64,000 nucleotides of DNA from the human T2T-CHM13v2.0 reference genome, Homo sapiens, in assembly GCF_009914755.1 (NCBI RefSeq), contig NC_060939.1; one strand, written 5' to 3'. The notes beneath the pieces were generated by a model, which saw only the letters and a list, made by a program, of their open reading frames with translations, searched no databases and had not been told where the DNA came from. Positions 44,365 to 57,779 of the stretch are shown one piece after another (position 1 is the first letter of the stretch; each line of letters starts with the position of its first letter). The translations under genes were made by a program, and so were the position numbers.

Positions 44365-47300
44365 TATTTTACTAATACATAATATTTGTACACATTTTAG
44401 GGATACATACGATATTTTGCTACATGCATAGAATGTGTAATGGTCAAGACAGGATAGTTACGATATATATCACACCAAGCATTTATCATTTCTATGTGTT
44501 AGGAACATTTCAAATCCTCTCTTCTCACTGTTTTGAAATATACAATACGTTGTTGTTAACTGTAGTCACTTTAATATGCTATTGAATGTTAGAACTTATT
44601 CCTTCTATCTAACTGTATGTTTGTACCCATTAATTAACCTCTCTTTACCCTCTATCCCCTAAATTCTTCCCAGCCTCTGGTAACTATCATACTTTCTACC
44701 TCCATGAGGTCAACCTTTTTAGCTCTCATCTGTGAGTGAGAATATGAGAGATTTGTCTTTATGTGTATGGCTTATTTCACTTAACATAATGATGTCCAGT
44801 TCTATCCATGTTGCTGCTTATGACAAGATTTCATTTTTTTTGGCTGAATAATATTCCATTTTGTGTGTATATACCACATTTACTTTATTCGTCTGTTGAT
44901 TGACACTTAAATTGATTTCATATCTTTGCTATTGAAATAGTATGAGAGTACAATAAATATGAGAGTACAATTACTCTTTTGATATGCTGATTTCCCTTTC
45001 TTTGGATAAATAATAGGATTGCTGTATCATATGGTAGTTCTATTTTTAGTTTTTAAAAAATCTTCATATTGTTTTTCATAGGGTCTCTACTAGTTTACAT
45101 TCCCATGGTGTTTGAGTTCTTTTTTCTCTGCATTTTTGACAAAATGCATTATTTTTTGTCTTTTCAATAATAAAGATGTTATTTTTATTTTATTGGTAAG
45201 ATATCTCATTGTGGTTTTAATTTGTATTTGCTGATGATTAGTGCTGTTGAGAATTTTTTATAAACCTGTTGGCCATTTATATGTCTTATTTTGAGAAACA
45301 TCTGCTCATGTCCTTTGTCTACTTTTTAATGGGATTTTCTTTTTTTGCTGTTGAGTTTATTGAATTTCTTTTATACCCTGAATATGAATACTTTGTCAGA
45401 TGAATAATTTGTAAATATTTACTCTAATTCTGTAGGTTGCTTCCTTACTCTGTTGATTGTTTCCTTTGCTGTGCAGAAGATTTTTAGTTTAATATGTCTC
45501 ATTTGTCTATTTTTGATTTTGTTGTCTGTGTTTTTGAGGTCTTAACCATGAAATCTTTGCCTAGACTAATGTATTAGAGTGTTTCCCCTATGTTTTATTC
45601 CAATAGTTATACACTTTTGGATCTTACATTTAAGTCTTTAATCCATCTTGAATTGATTTTCATATATGGTGTGAAATAAGGGTCTGGTTTTATTCTTCTG
45701 CATGTGAGTATCTAGTTTGCCTAGTACAATTTATTAAAGAAGGTGTCTGTTCCATAATGTAAGTTCTTAGCACCTTTTTTGAAAAACAGTTGGCTATGAA
45801 TACATGACTTTACTTCTGGGTTCTATATTCTGTTCTATTTCTCTGTGTTTCTTTTCATGCTAGTACCATGCTGTTTTGGCTACTATAGCTTTGTAATATA
45901 TTTGGATGTCAGGTAGTGTGATACCTTCAGCTTTGCTCTTTTTACTCCAGATGCTTTGGCTAGTTGGGCTTTTCTTTTTTTTTTTCTTTTTTTTTTTGTT
46001 TCCATACACATTCTAGAATTGTTTTTTAATTCAGTGAAAAATGACCGATATTTTGATAGGGATTGCACTGAATCTGTAGATCACTTTGAACAGTATAGTC
46101 ATCTTAACAATATTAGTTCTTCTGATCCATGAGTGTGGGATGCCTTTCCATTTGTTTGTGTCCTATTCCATTTCTTTCATCAGTGTTTTGTAGTTTTCCT
46201 TGTGGAAGTTTTTCACATCCTTGGTTGAATTTATTCCTAAGCATTTTATTTATTTTGTAGCTATTGTAAATGGAAAGCCTCTTGATTTCTTTTTCAGCTA
46301 GTTCATTATTGGTGTAGAGAAATTCTCCTGATTTTTGTACGTTGATTTTATATTCTGTAGCTTTACTGAATTTATCTATTAGATGGAAGAGTTTGTTTTA
46401 ATGATGTCTTTAGATTTTCCTAAATATAAGATTATGTTATCTGCAAAGAAAAAAATTTGACTTCTTTTCCAATTTGGATGTATTTTAGTTTTTTTCTTGC
46501 CTTATTGCTCAGGACTTCTAGTACTTTGTTGAATACGAGTGGTGAATTGGAGTGGGAATCCTTGTCCTGTTCCAGTTCTTATAGGAAAGACTTTCAACTT
46601 TCCCAATTCAGCATTATGTCAGCTGTGGGTTTGTCTTATACGGCCTTATTATATAGAGGTATTTTTTTAAGCTGATTTTGCTGAGTGTTTTTATCATGAA
46701 GTGATGTTGAATTTTATCATATGCTTTCTCTGCATCTATTGAAATGATTATGTGATTTTTGTCTTTCATTTCTATTGATGGGTCATGTTTATTGATTTGT
46801 GTATCTTGAACCATCTTGTGTCCTGGGTTAGATCCCACTTGATCATGGTGTGTTATCTTTTTGATGTTTTGTTGGATTCAGTTTGCTAGTATTTTGTTGA
46901 GGATTGTTTTGCATCTATGTTCAGCAGGGATATTGGCCTGTAATTTTATTTTTTGTTATGTTTTTGTATGGTTTCGGTATTTAGGGTAGTGTTGGCCATA
47001 TAGAATGAGTTAAGGAGAATTCCTTCCTCTTTAATTTTTTTTAATAGTTTGAAGAAAATTAGTTATTCTTTATTAGTTAGATAGAATTTGGCAGTGAAGC
47101 TATCCAATGCTGGGCTTTTCTTTCTCTTTCTTTTTTTTCTTTGTTTTTTTTTGAGACAGAGTCTCACTTTGTCACCCAGGCTGGAGTGCAGTAGCATAGT
47201 CTTGGCTCACTGCAGCCATCACTGGGGTTCAAGCAATTCTCCCACTTCAGACTTCTGAGTAGCTGGGACTACAGGTGCATGCCACTGCACCAGGCTAATT

Positions 47301-50300
47301 TTTGTGTTTTTAGTGGAGGTGGGGTTTTGCCATGTTGGCCAGGTTGGTCTTGAACTCCCAGCCTCAATCCACCCACCTCAGCTGCCCAAAGTGCTGAGAT
47401 TAAAGGTGTGAATCACCACACTCAGTCCCATCCTGAGCTTTTGTTTGTTGGGAAATATTTTTTAGTGATTTAATGTTGTTACTTATTGATCTGTTCAAGT
47501 TTTCTATGTCTTCTTGATTAAAACTTTGTAGGTTTTGTATGTGCAGGAATTGAAGTATTCCCTGTAGATTTTCTAGTTTGTTAGCATTTAGTTATTCATA
47601 GTAGTCTCTAATGGTCTTTTGTATTTATGTGGTATCTGTTTTAATATCTGTGTTTTCATTTATTTAAGTCTTCTTTCTTTTTTCCTTCTAGTTAGTCTAG
47701 TTATTGGTTTTTCAATTTTGTCTTTCCCAAAATCAACTTTTTGTTGTGTTGATCCTTTATAATTTTTTAGCCCCTATTTTCTTTATGCTTCAATCTTTAT
47801 TATTTCTTTCTGTCTACTAATTTGGGGCTTAGTTTCTTCTTGCTTTTCTAGTTCATTAAGGTGCATCATTATGTTGTTTATTTGAAATCTTTGTGCTTTT
47901 CTGATATAGGCATTTATCACTATAAACTTTCTTGTTAACATTGCTTTTGCTTTCTTAACATTGATTTTGGTATGTCATGTTCCCATTTTCATTTGTTTCA
48001 AGAAATTTTATAACTCTTTTTAATTTCTTCATTGATGCAAATTGTCATTCAGGAGCATGTTGAATTTCTATATATTTGTATGATTTCTAAATTTCCTCTT
48101 GTTATTTCTAGCTTTTTTTCATTATGGACAGAAAAGATACTTGGTATAATTTAGATTTCTAAACATTTATTGAGACTTGTTTTGTGGCCTAACATAAAGT
48201 CTATCCTTGAGAAAGTTTCATGTGCTGAGGAGAAGAATGTATATACTATAGCTGTTGGATGAAATATTCTGTAGATGTGTGTTAGGTCCATTTGATAAAA
48301 GGAAAATTGTAATCTAGTGTTTCTTTGTTCATTTTCTATCTACATGATCTGTCTAATGCTGAGAGTGGGGTGTTCAAGTCCCCCACTATTGTGGTATTGG
48401 AGTCTATCTCTTCCTTTTTTATCTAATAATACATGCTTTACGTATGTTTTCTTCAATGTTATCTGCATATATATTTAGGATTTTTAATATCATCTTCCTG
48501 AATCGATCCCTTTTTCAATGTATAATGACCTTCATTGTCTCTTTTTATTTCTTTTGACTTAACATCTGTGTTATCGGATATGCGTAGCTATTCCTGCTTG
48601 CTTTTGGTTTCTATTTGCATGGAATTTTTTTTTTCATCCCTTCACTTTCATCTATGTGTTTTTACAAGTGAAGTGGGTTTCTTTTAGGTAGCATATAGTT
48701 GGGTCAAATCTTTGTTTTTATTTATTAAGCCAGTCTGTATCTTTTAAGGGGAAAGTTTAATCCTTTTACATTCAAGGTTATATTGATGTGTAAGGACTTA
48801 TTCCTGTCATTTCATTAATTGTTTTCTGATTGTTTTGTCTATCCTTTGTTTCTTTCTCTTATTGTTTATCATTTTTGTTCTGTGGTTTTCTGTAGTGGTA
48901 ACATTTGAGTCTTCTCACTTCTTTGTGTTTGCTGTAACAGTGAGTTTTATACTGTAATGTGTTTTCATAGTGGTAGATATAATCCTTTTACTTCCAAGTG
49001 AGGACTCCCTTAAGTTTTTCTTGTAGGGCTGGTCTCTTGGTGATGAATTACCTCAACATTTGTTAGTTGTGGAAAGACTTTATTTTTTTCTTTCTTTTTT
49101 GAAGGTTAACTTTACTTTTATAGTATATCTGTCAACCAAAAATTTTATTTTTTTTTCTTTCAGCACTTTGAATTTGTCATCCAATTCTCTCTTGGCCTGT
49201 AAGGTTTCTGCTGAAAAATCTACTGTTAGTTTGATGTAGGTTCTGGTATATGTGACCAGAAAAAGTTTTCTCCTGCTGTTTTTAGAATTCTTTGTATTTG
49301 ACTTATGAAAGTTTGACTATAATGTGCCTTGGAGAAAACTTTGAGTTGTATGTATTTGGGTTTCTCTGAGCTTCCTGTATTTACATGTTTAAATCGCTTT
49401 CTAGATCTAGGAAGTTTCTAGCTATTGTTTTTGCTAAATAGGTTTTCTATGCATTTGCCCTTCTCTTCACCTGGAATGCCTAAAATTTGTACATTTGGTA
49501 ACTTTTTGTGTCCCATCTCTCACATAGGCTTTCTCCATCTTTTTATGTTACCTTTTTCTTTTCTTTTCTTTCTTTTTTTTGTCTGATGGGCTTATTTCAA
49601 AATATGTGTCTTTACATTGTGGAATTCTCCTGCCTAGATCTAGTCTATTGTTGAAGCTCTCAATTGTATTTTTTATCTTATTCATTGACTTCTTCCAGGA
49701 TTTTAGTTTTTTTTTAATGATATTTATCTCTTTGGTGAATATCTCATTCAGATTCTAACTTTTTTGATTTCTTCATATTGTTTATCTGTGTTCTCTTGTA
49801 TCTCATTGAGCATCTATAGTATCATTTTGAATTCTGTTTTGGTATTTTATAAATTTCTTTTTCACTGGAATCAGTTACAAAGAATCATTGTGTTCCTTCG
49901 CAGGTGTAATATTTCCTTGCTTTTCCAAATTTCTTGTGTCCTTACATTGATATCTGTACATCTGGTATAATAGTTGCTTCTTTCAATTTTTTGGATTGGC
50001 TGTCATAGGGGAGCACTTTTTCTTGTAGACCCATCTATAACATTGGATGGGTAGGGTACTTTGGTTTTGATTCTGGCTGCATGCCGTAGTGTAGTCTCTG
50101 ATTTTTCAACTGTAAACAGTACCAGTAGTGTTTGTGATTTCCTTAGTGGCTTAGGCTGAAGTTGTTAATACAGACTGTGGTGAGACTTTGCTGGGAACCC
50201 AGGCACCAGATGGGACAATCCTTAGGCCTCAGTGGTGGCAGTGGAAGCCCAAGTGTGCCTGTTCTTGGGCCTCTGTGCAGTGAATGTGGGTACCAGTGTC

Positions 50301-51345
50301 AGTGGTATCAGGCCAATTCCTTGGCCTGCAAGTGGCTTACTTAGGTGCCAGCAGTGACAGCAGTGGGCGGGGTTTGTGTGCAGGTCCTCGGGCCCCTAGG
50401 CAGTGTGTGTGGTGTGAGTGATGGCAGTAATGGTGGCAATACCAGGCTGGGGAGGCCTGCCCTCAGGTCCTCCAGTGGTATGTACAGATGCAGGCTATGG
50501 TGGGCAGAGCAGGGCTATCCCCAGGCTCCTGGGTGGCATGCTCAAGTGGCAGCGACTGGGGCAGTGGTGTGTGGGGAGAGCCTATCCTCAGGGCATGTGT
50601 TGCAGCCTTGCTGCTGAGATTAGGGGAATAAGGTTGCTCTCAGTGGCAGTGGCCTCAGGCAAGTAGCTCTCAGGCTCTGGTGAACGCACACTTCAGCATC
50701 CTGTGTCCTGAGGGCAGCCTCCCTAGTGCGCTGCACTGCCTATTTCCCAGAGTATAGGACATTATGTTGGCTACCCGGCTGTACTGCTGTGTCTAACCAG
50801 TGTCATGTCACTCCAGTATTCTGGGTGGACACAGGCAGGTGTCAGTGGGGGCTCCAGGAATGGGGAGATGCGCAGAGTCTGTTGGGCTCCAGGGCAAGAT
50901 GCAAGGTGGGGGCTGGGCTCCTCAAGTGGTGCCACACTGCAGCTGCTTGGGTCTTGGAGGGGGGGTTGTGTGACCCAGTGTGAGCTTCCTCTCTGAAGCA
51001 ATGCCATTGTGCAAACTCATGGCAGCTCTCTATTGTAGTCTCAAGGCCTGCAAGCATCGAGGGTTCTCCTGTGGCTAGGATTGTAGGAGTCTGCAGTGGG
51101 AAGGTAGACCGTTGGGGATCTGTCATTTATGTTTTACCTGCACTGGGGATTCTCTACAGGACTCCAGATGAGCTTGGCTGGGCTGGCTGCCTCATTTTCC
51201 TCTCCTTTTATGCCTAGGTTTTTCCTGTCATTTCTCTGTTGAATTCCAGTGTTATTTCTTAGATCCTCTATTTGAAGTGTGATTATCTACTATGTTCTTT
51301 GTGGAGGACACAATGCCAGATGATTCTAGTCAGCTTTCTTGAACT
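44365..51345 (-). mobile_element. Near full-length degenerate L1MA (3'UTR, ORF2, ORF1 region, GC-richer 5'UTR at ~50150-51345)
   Basis: Continuous antisense L1. ORF 46614..46838 contains KDKNHIIISIDAEKAYDKIQHHFMIKTL; the distal end shifts to GC-rich 5'UTR-like sequence. Confidence 0.88.
47124..47427 (-). mobile_element. Alu (AluJ/older S)
   Basis: Antisense dimer; degenerate TSD at(g/c)ctg(g/a)gctttt. Confidence 0.94.
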
Positions 51346-51673
51346 GTTCTATTTTTAATTAATTTTTAAAATCTGATGTGAGATAGGGGTCCAAATTTAT
51401 TCTTTTGGATCGGGATATCTATCTATTTGTTCTGGCACCATTTGTTAAAAAGACTCTACTTTCCCCCACTGAATTGTCTGTCACCTTGTAGAAAATCAAC
51501 TGATCAGAGTTTAATTCTTGCCTCTCAATTCAGATATTTTTCTATATGTCTAATCTTATGCCAGTTAAACTTACTTGATCATTGTAGATTTTTTGTAAGT
51601 TTGGAAATTGTGAAGTGCCAGCCCTCCAGCTTTGTTCTTCTTTTTGCAATATTGTTTGGCTATTCTGGGTTTT

Positions 51674-51729
<56 letters not shown>

Positions 51730-52340
51730 GATATATACCTACATATACCTATATATATCTATATATACCTATATATAGGTGTATATATATACACATATGT
51801 GTATATATACCTATACATATATACCTATATATACACATAAATACCTATATATGTATATATACCTATATATACACGTATATGCACCTATAGGCGCGTATAT
51901 ACCTATATGTACCCGTATTTGTACCTATAGAGGCGCGTATATACCTATATGTACTTGTATATGTATCTATATATGCGTATATATACCTATACGTACCCGT
52001 ATATATACCTATATGTACCCGTATATATACCTATATATACCTAAGTATGTGTATATATACCTATGTATACATATATACATATATACCTATATATACATAT
52101 ACCTGTGTGTGTATGTGTGTTTATATGTGTGTGTATATATATACACAATATATATACACACATACACACATGTGTATATATGCATACATATATGTGTATA
52201 TACGCACACATATATGTGTATATACAAACACGTATGTGTATATATGCACATATATTTACATACATATATACACATATATTTACATATGTACATACATATA
52301 TTTACATATACATATACATATATACACATATATACACATG
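51674..52340. repeat. Compound (TA)n-(TG)18-(TATATACC)-like-(TA/CA)n tandem repeat
   Basis: Read directly; (TG)18 at 51686-51721. Confidence 0.95.
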
Positions 52341-53491
52341 TATTTTTTCAGAGTATATGTAGTATGGTAAATGTTATATTTAATTAGATGAGAAGGAATG
52401 TAGTTTTTTGTACCCTACACTGGGAGTTAGGGGATACAATATATGCAAAATGCCTGACACAGTAAATACTCAATAAGGGACAGTTGTTAAATTATGGTTT
52501 CTTGAAATTGAGATCAGTATTCTTGTTTTATTCTAAAAACTGGACTTAATGTCTGGTAAGTTATAACCAGACTTGTATTGATCAAATATGCTTGTTCATT
52601 TCTGATGGGATTTTAGATTGATTAAATGTTACTAAATCCATTCCTGAACCCTGGGAATGATTAGCTTTCATTTTTTTTTTTTAAAGGGGGAAACAGAGGG
52701 TCCATATATTCATATATATATATGAGACCTGGAGATGGATGGGGACAAAATTACAGTGCACAATGGAATTCTATTGATTATTGGATTAATCCATACTTTA
52801 TTCATGGAGAACCTATCAGTGCTAAGTAACATGAGATTATTTACCAGGGTCCATCTCAGTATAGGTCTCATGGGTTTGGAAGGACTGTTCCTGATGAAAC
52901 ATTTATTATATTCTAGGATGTTTCATTTTCTTATAGCTCTAAGCAAACACTTTGAATCTATATATTATTATATTTTACATGACAGTGAGAAATATTTATT
53001 GTACTTCTCATTCTTTCAATCTTTCAATCACAAAATTTCACACTTTACTATTTAGATATTATACATATAATATATATAATCTTTAACTCTACATACAAAG
53101 TTAGATATAAACACTTTTAACTTAATGTGAATGTCACCTTTGTTTTTTAGAACACTCTCAGATCAAATGATCATTCAATTTTTATAAGTCTTTCTTAAAA
53201 TGGATTCGTTACTATAATATATGGAATGTACTCTCTCTGTAAAAAATGAGAAATTAGTGGAGTGACAGAAGCCTAATCTTTACCACACAAAAAAGTCCAG
53301 GTAATAATGTACATTACTAGTGTGATCACTGTGATTTCAGGATTTTTGAAGCTGATTATTAAATGCAAAATGTTAAAATAAGAACCATTATGTCAATGCA
53401 TTGAATTACAATAGAGAAAGTGTATACTACATAATTTAATTTATATAGTAGAAGGAAAAAAAAAACGAGAATTCATCTAGATGTTGGGGCT

Positions 53492-53700
53492 TGTGTCAGT
53501 TTGGGTCCTCATATGTAGAAGAGATTTATTAGGGAAAACACCTGTAGAGAATAAAGAGAAGGGGAAGCAGAAGTAGGAGAGTAAAGTCTTCAGACTGCAA
53601 TACGGGTCTGAAACTTTTAAAAGGAGAGAGGTAAGAAAAGTAGCTTAGGAAGGAAGAGCCTCAGATTGAAGTGCAGATCTGAGAAATCCTTGGCCAGGCT
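53492..53700 (-). mobile_element. ERVL LTR16-like 3' fragment
   Basis: 'gagatttattagggaaaacacctgt...cagactgcaat..ggtctga..aggaagagcctcagattg'. Confidence 0.55.
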
Positions 53701-54099
53701 CCAGCAGATCTGAAGACGTACCCCAAGCCCTTTCGGCTAAAAGGGGTAGACTTTGGAAATATCACTAATACAGAAAGGTCAGCTTCACTTGTTCTGGATA
53801 AATAGCCTTTCATTGTATTTTTTAAATCTTAAATATTTCATATATACATTTCATATACACTTCATATACATTTAACAAAAACAATAATCTACTGGGATCA
53901 TTCAATATGTGAATCAGACAAAAGTAAAAATACAAGCCCACAGGTGAGCTTATTCCCATGCCACTACCCATGCATGTAAGTGTGTGTGTGTGTATGTTTC
54001 TATTTGGCACCTTTTGTGCACAATTTAATGACTTATTGGTGTCTCCTTTTATCCCAGTCACTGCTGAAATGTCTAGTTCCACACAGGCCAGCTTTGTGC

Positions 54100-56930
54100 C
54101 GATATGATTTCACTGAATCTCAATTTTTTTCATATCCTAGGACTCCTGATGCCACTACATGGGATGCCTGTGGCTGTCGTTCCCAAAAGTGCACACTTGC
54201 AAGAATAAATCAGAAGTACAGGAGAGTTTGTCTGTGGTGCTACCTTGAGCAATGGAGAAAGGACTTGATTGATAAATGCCATATTTTTTGTCCACTGAGT
54301 GGATAGTTCTGAAAGTTGCCTGAGTGCAAGCACCAGTTGCCTGTAGTGCTAGATAATATATTCTTGTATTGTTTTTCCCAACTGATATGAACTGTAATCC
54401 CCAGTGTTGGAGGTGGGGTCTAGTGGGAGGTAATTGGACAATGGAGGTGGAGTTCTCAGGAATTGGTTAGCATGAACCCCTCAGTGCTGTTCTTGTGACA
54501 GTGAGTGAGTAAATTATGAGACATGGTTGTTTAAAAGTGTATAGATTCCCACCCTTGCTCTCTTGGTCCTGCTTCCACCATATAAGATGCCTATTCCTGC
54601 TTTGCCTTCCACCATAAGTAAAATTTCCCTGAGGCTTCCCCAGAAGCAGAACCCAGCATCATGCTTCCTGTAAACCCCATGGAACCATGAGCCAATTACA
54701 CATCTTTTCATTATAAATTATCCAGTCTCAAGTATTTCTTTATAGCAGTATGACAATGGACTAAGACAGAAAATTGGTACCAATGAGTGGTACCAAGGAG
54801 TGTGACATTGCTATAAAGATACCTGAAAATGTGGAAGCAACTTTGGAACTGGGTAATGGGTATGGTTGGTTCAGAAGAAGACAGGAATAGGAGGAAAATC
54901 TTGAAACTTCTTAGAGACTAGTTGAATGGTTATGACTGAAATGCTGGTAGTGATATGGACAGTGAAGGCCAGGCTGAGGAGGTCTCAGATGGAAATGAGG
55001 AACTTATTGGAAATGGGAGCAGTCACTTTTGTTATGCTTTAGTGAAAAGCTTGTCTGCCTTGTGCCCTGCTCTAGGATCTGTGGAACTTTGAACTTGAGA
55101 GTAGTGATTTAGGGTATCTGGCAGGAGAAATTTCTAAGCAGCAAAGTGTGCAAGATATGAACTGGCTGCTTCTAGCAGTCTAAACTCATAGGCATGAACA
55201 AAGAAATAACCTGAAATTAGAACTTATATTTTAACGGGAAGCAGAGCATAAAAGTTAGGAAAATTTGCAGCCTGGACATATATGGTGGAAAAGAAAACCC
55301 AATTTTCAGGAGAGGAATTCAAGTAGGCTGCAGAAATTTGCATGAGTAAAAAGGAACCAAATGATAATAGCAGAGACAAGGGGGAAAAGGCCTTGAAGGC
55401 ATTTTGGAGGGTTTTGGGGAAGCCGCTCCCATCACAAGCCTGGAGGCCTAGGAGGACTGAATGGTTTCATGGGCCAGGCCCAGGGCCCTGCTGCCCTGTG
55501 CAGCCTTGGGACACTGCTCCCTGCATCCTGGCAGCTCCAGCTCAAGCTGTGGCTAAATGGGGGCCTAGTTACAGTTTGGGCTGCTGCTTCAGAAGGTGTA
55601 AGCCATAAACCTTGGTGGCTTCCATGTGGTGTTAAGCCTGCAGGTGTACGGAATGCAGGAGTTGAGGCTTGGGAGCCTCTGCCTAGATTTCAGAAGATAT
55701 ATAGAAAAGCCTGGATATCCAGGCATAAGCCTGCTATAGAGACACAGCCCTCATGGAGGTCCTTTACTAGGGCAGTGCAGTGGGGAAGTGTGAGGTTAGA
55801 AACCTCACGGAGTCCCCAGTAGAGCACTGCCTAGTGGAGCTATGAGAAGAGGGCCACTGTCCCCCCGACTCCAGAATGATAGATCCACTGACAGCTTGCA
55901 CCCTGTGCCTGAAAATGCTACAGAAAACTCAACACCAGCCCTTGAGAGCAGCCACAGGAGGCTGGACCCTAAAAAGACACAGTGGTGGAGCTGCCCAAAG
56001 CATTGGGCGTTCACCCCTTGCATCAGTGTGCCCTGGATGTGAGACATGGAGTCAAAGGAGGTAATTTTGAAACTGTAGGAGTTAATAACTGCCCTGCTGG
56101 GTTTGGACTTGGATGGGGCCTATAGCCTCTTTCTTTTGGCTGATTTCTCCCTTTTGGAATGGGAGTATTTACCCAATGCCTATACTCTCATTGTATCTTG
56201 GAAGTAACTAACCTTTTTTTTTTTTTTTTTTTATAGGCACATGAGCAGAAGGGACTAGCCTTGTTTCAGATGAGATTTTGGACTTGGACTTTTGAGTTAA
56301 TGCTAGAATGAGTTAAGACTCTGGTGAACTGTTGGGAAGGCATGATTGTATTTTAAAATGTAGAAGGACTTGAGATTTGGGATGGCCCACGGGCAGAATT
56401 ACATGGTTTGGATCTGTGCCTGCCCAAATCTCATGCTGAATTGTAATTCCCAATGTTAGTGGTGGGTCCTGGTGGGAATTGATTGGGTCATGGGGGAAGA
56501 GTTCTCATGAATGAGTTAGCACCATCCCCTCAGTATTATTCTCCTGATGGTTGAGTGAGTGAGTTATCATGAAATCTGGTTGTATAAAAGTGTACAGCAC
56601 CACTCTTCTCACTCTCTTGGTCATGCTCTGGCCATGTAAGATGCCTGCTCTTGCTTTGCCTTCTGCTCTGAGTAAAATCTTCCTGAAGCCTCCCCAGAAG
56701 CAAAAGCCAGCATCATGCTTTCTTTACAGCCTGTGGAACTGTGAGCCAATGAAAAATTAAACATTAATAGATTACCCAGTCTCAGGTATTTCTTTATAGC
56801 AATGTGAGAATGGGCTAAACTCCCACTTTCTTATTTCATTCGTTTTCCGTAAAATCCCACTCCCTGGGATTATACTCCCTAATTAATGTCCTGCACTCAG
56901 GCTCTTTTCAAGGCAACTCAGGCCAAGTCT
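54100..56930 (+). mobile_element. ERVL LTR16-like LTR (pieces ~54100-54382 and 56822-~56930), split by an MST provirus
   Basis: 'ttgagcaatggag..gataaatgcc..agtggatagttctga' core; 3' part 'ctccctgggatt..actccctaattaa'. Confidence 0.5.
54383..56821 (+). mobile_element. Full-length MaLR provirus (MST-like): LTR 54383-54768, internal region 54769-56398, LTR 56399-56821
   Basis: Two homologous LTRs ending 'ccagtctca(a/g)gtatttctttatagca'. Internal region starts 'gaaaattggtacc..gctataaagatacctgaaaatgtggaagcaactttggaactgggtaa'. TSD ccaac/cccac. Confidence 0.93.
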
Positions 56931-57149
56931 TGAGGCAAAGAAACCTTCATTTAATGGCAGTGTAACTTTATTTTTATGACTATGACTATACTATTGGTAT
57001 AATCTGTATGGAAAATGTTGGATATTCAGAAAAGTGAAAAAAAGTCAAATATATTGAGACAAATCTCTTTATGTAACGATTTCTCCATTATTGACTATCA
57101 TTTTCTTTATCCATACACAATTGTCATTTGAGCAATTTACCTTAAGATT

Positions 57150-57500
57150 CATAGATACTCTGGCTCTCTTTCTGGGACTTGGTAGAATTGTACTTCTCTT
57201 CAAACTTTGAAATTAGGCATGGCCATGATTTGCTTTACTTAGTGAAATGTGTGTGGATGTGAGAAGGATCAGGCTCAAATTTTATGAGCCAAGCCATGAT
57301 TTTCTATATTTTTATGCTCTTGCCCTGTTGATTCTAAAGTATTGAGAAATTTTTTTCATCAACCTATATTCCAGAGTGACAATGATGAGCAGATTCTACC
57401 TTTTGATCTGCATTGGACATATATGGCATTAGCAAGAAATAAACTTTGTTATGTCAAACCACTGAGATTTTTCAGTTGTTTACTCTGGTTTACAAGTCAA
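57150..57500 (+). mobile_element. Old MLT1 (J/K/L-like) fragment
   Basis: 'ttgaaattaggcatggccatg..' and 'gcaagaaataaactttgttatgtcaaaccactgagattt'. Confidence 0.65.
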
Positions 57501-57779
57501 GAGGTGCTGGGCTATTATGCAATTTTGTAGTGCATACATGGGCACATAAACAGACATTGCATATGTACCAAGCATTACTGTAAGGGTAAAAACAAAAAAA
57601 TAATAAAAAGAAAACAATAACATAGCATCCGATGAAGTCAGCTTCTTAACTGTAGAATAGAGATCGTAATAGTATCTAAGGTTTAGAGGTGTTGTAACTT
57701 GCCCAAGGTTACCCAGCTAGTAAGTGGAAAAGCTAGGATTAAAACTTCAGAACCCTATTTCTAACCTATTTTTCTAGTG

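Larger units (their letters stand above)
43425..51672 (-). mobile_element. L1MB-type element (pieces ~43425-44360 and ~51350-51672), split by L1MA
   Basis: 3' end 'gagatataattcac..ccattaaattcactc'; ORF2 resumes at 51350 'ttaatttt..tgtgagataggggtccaa'. Confidence 0.75.

Noticed and set aside
50150-51200. GC-rich segment with several ORFs as a possible CpG-island promoter or gene
   Set aside because: CpG-depleted and contiguous with the antisense L1MA; best explained as its 5'UTR.
51427-52387. Multiple overlapping ORFs up to 202 aa (Y/I/C/T/H-rich)
   Set aside because: Translations of the TA/TG/CA microsatellite.
52735-53055. 106 aa hydrophobic ORF in unique AT-rich DNA
   Set aside because: No recognisable domain or exon structure; this length is expected by chance in 64 kb.
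55342-56064. ORF cluster up to 117 aa
   Set aside because: Lies within the MST internal region; fragments of the decayed MaLR internal sequence.
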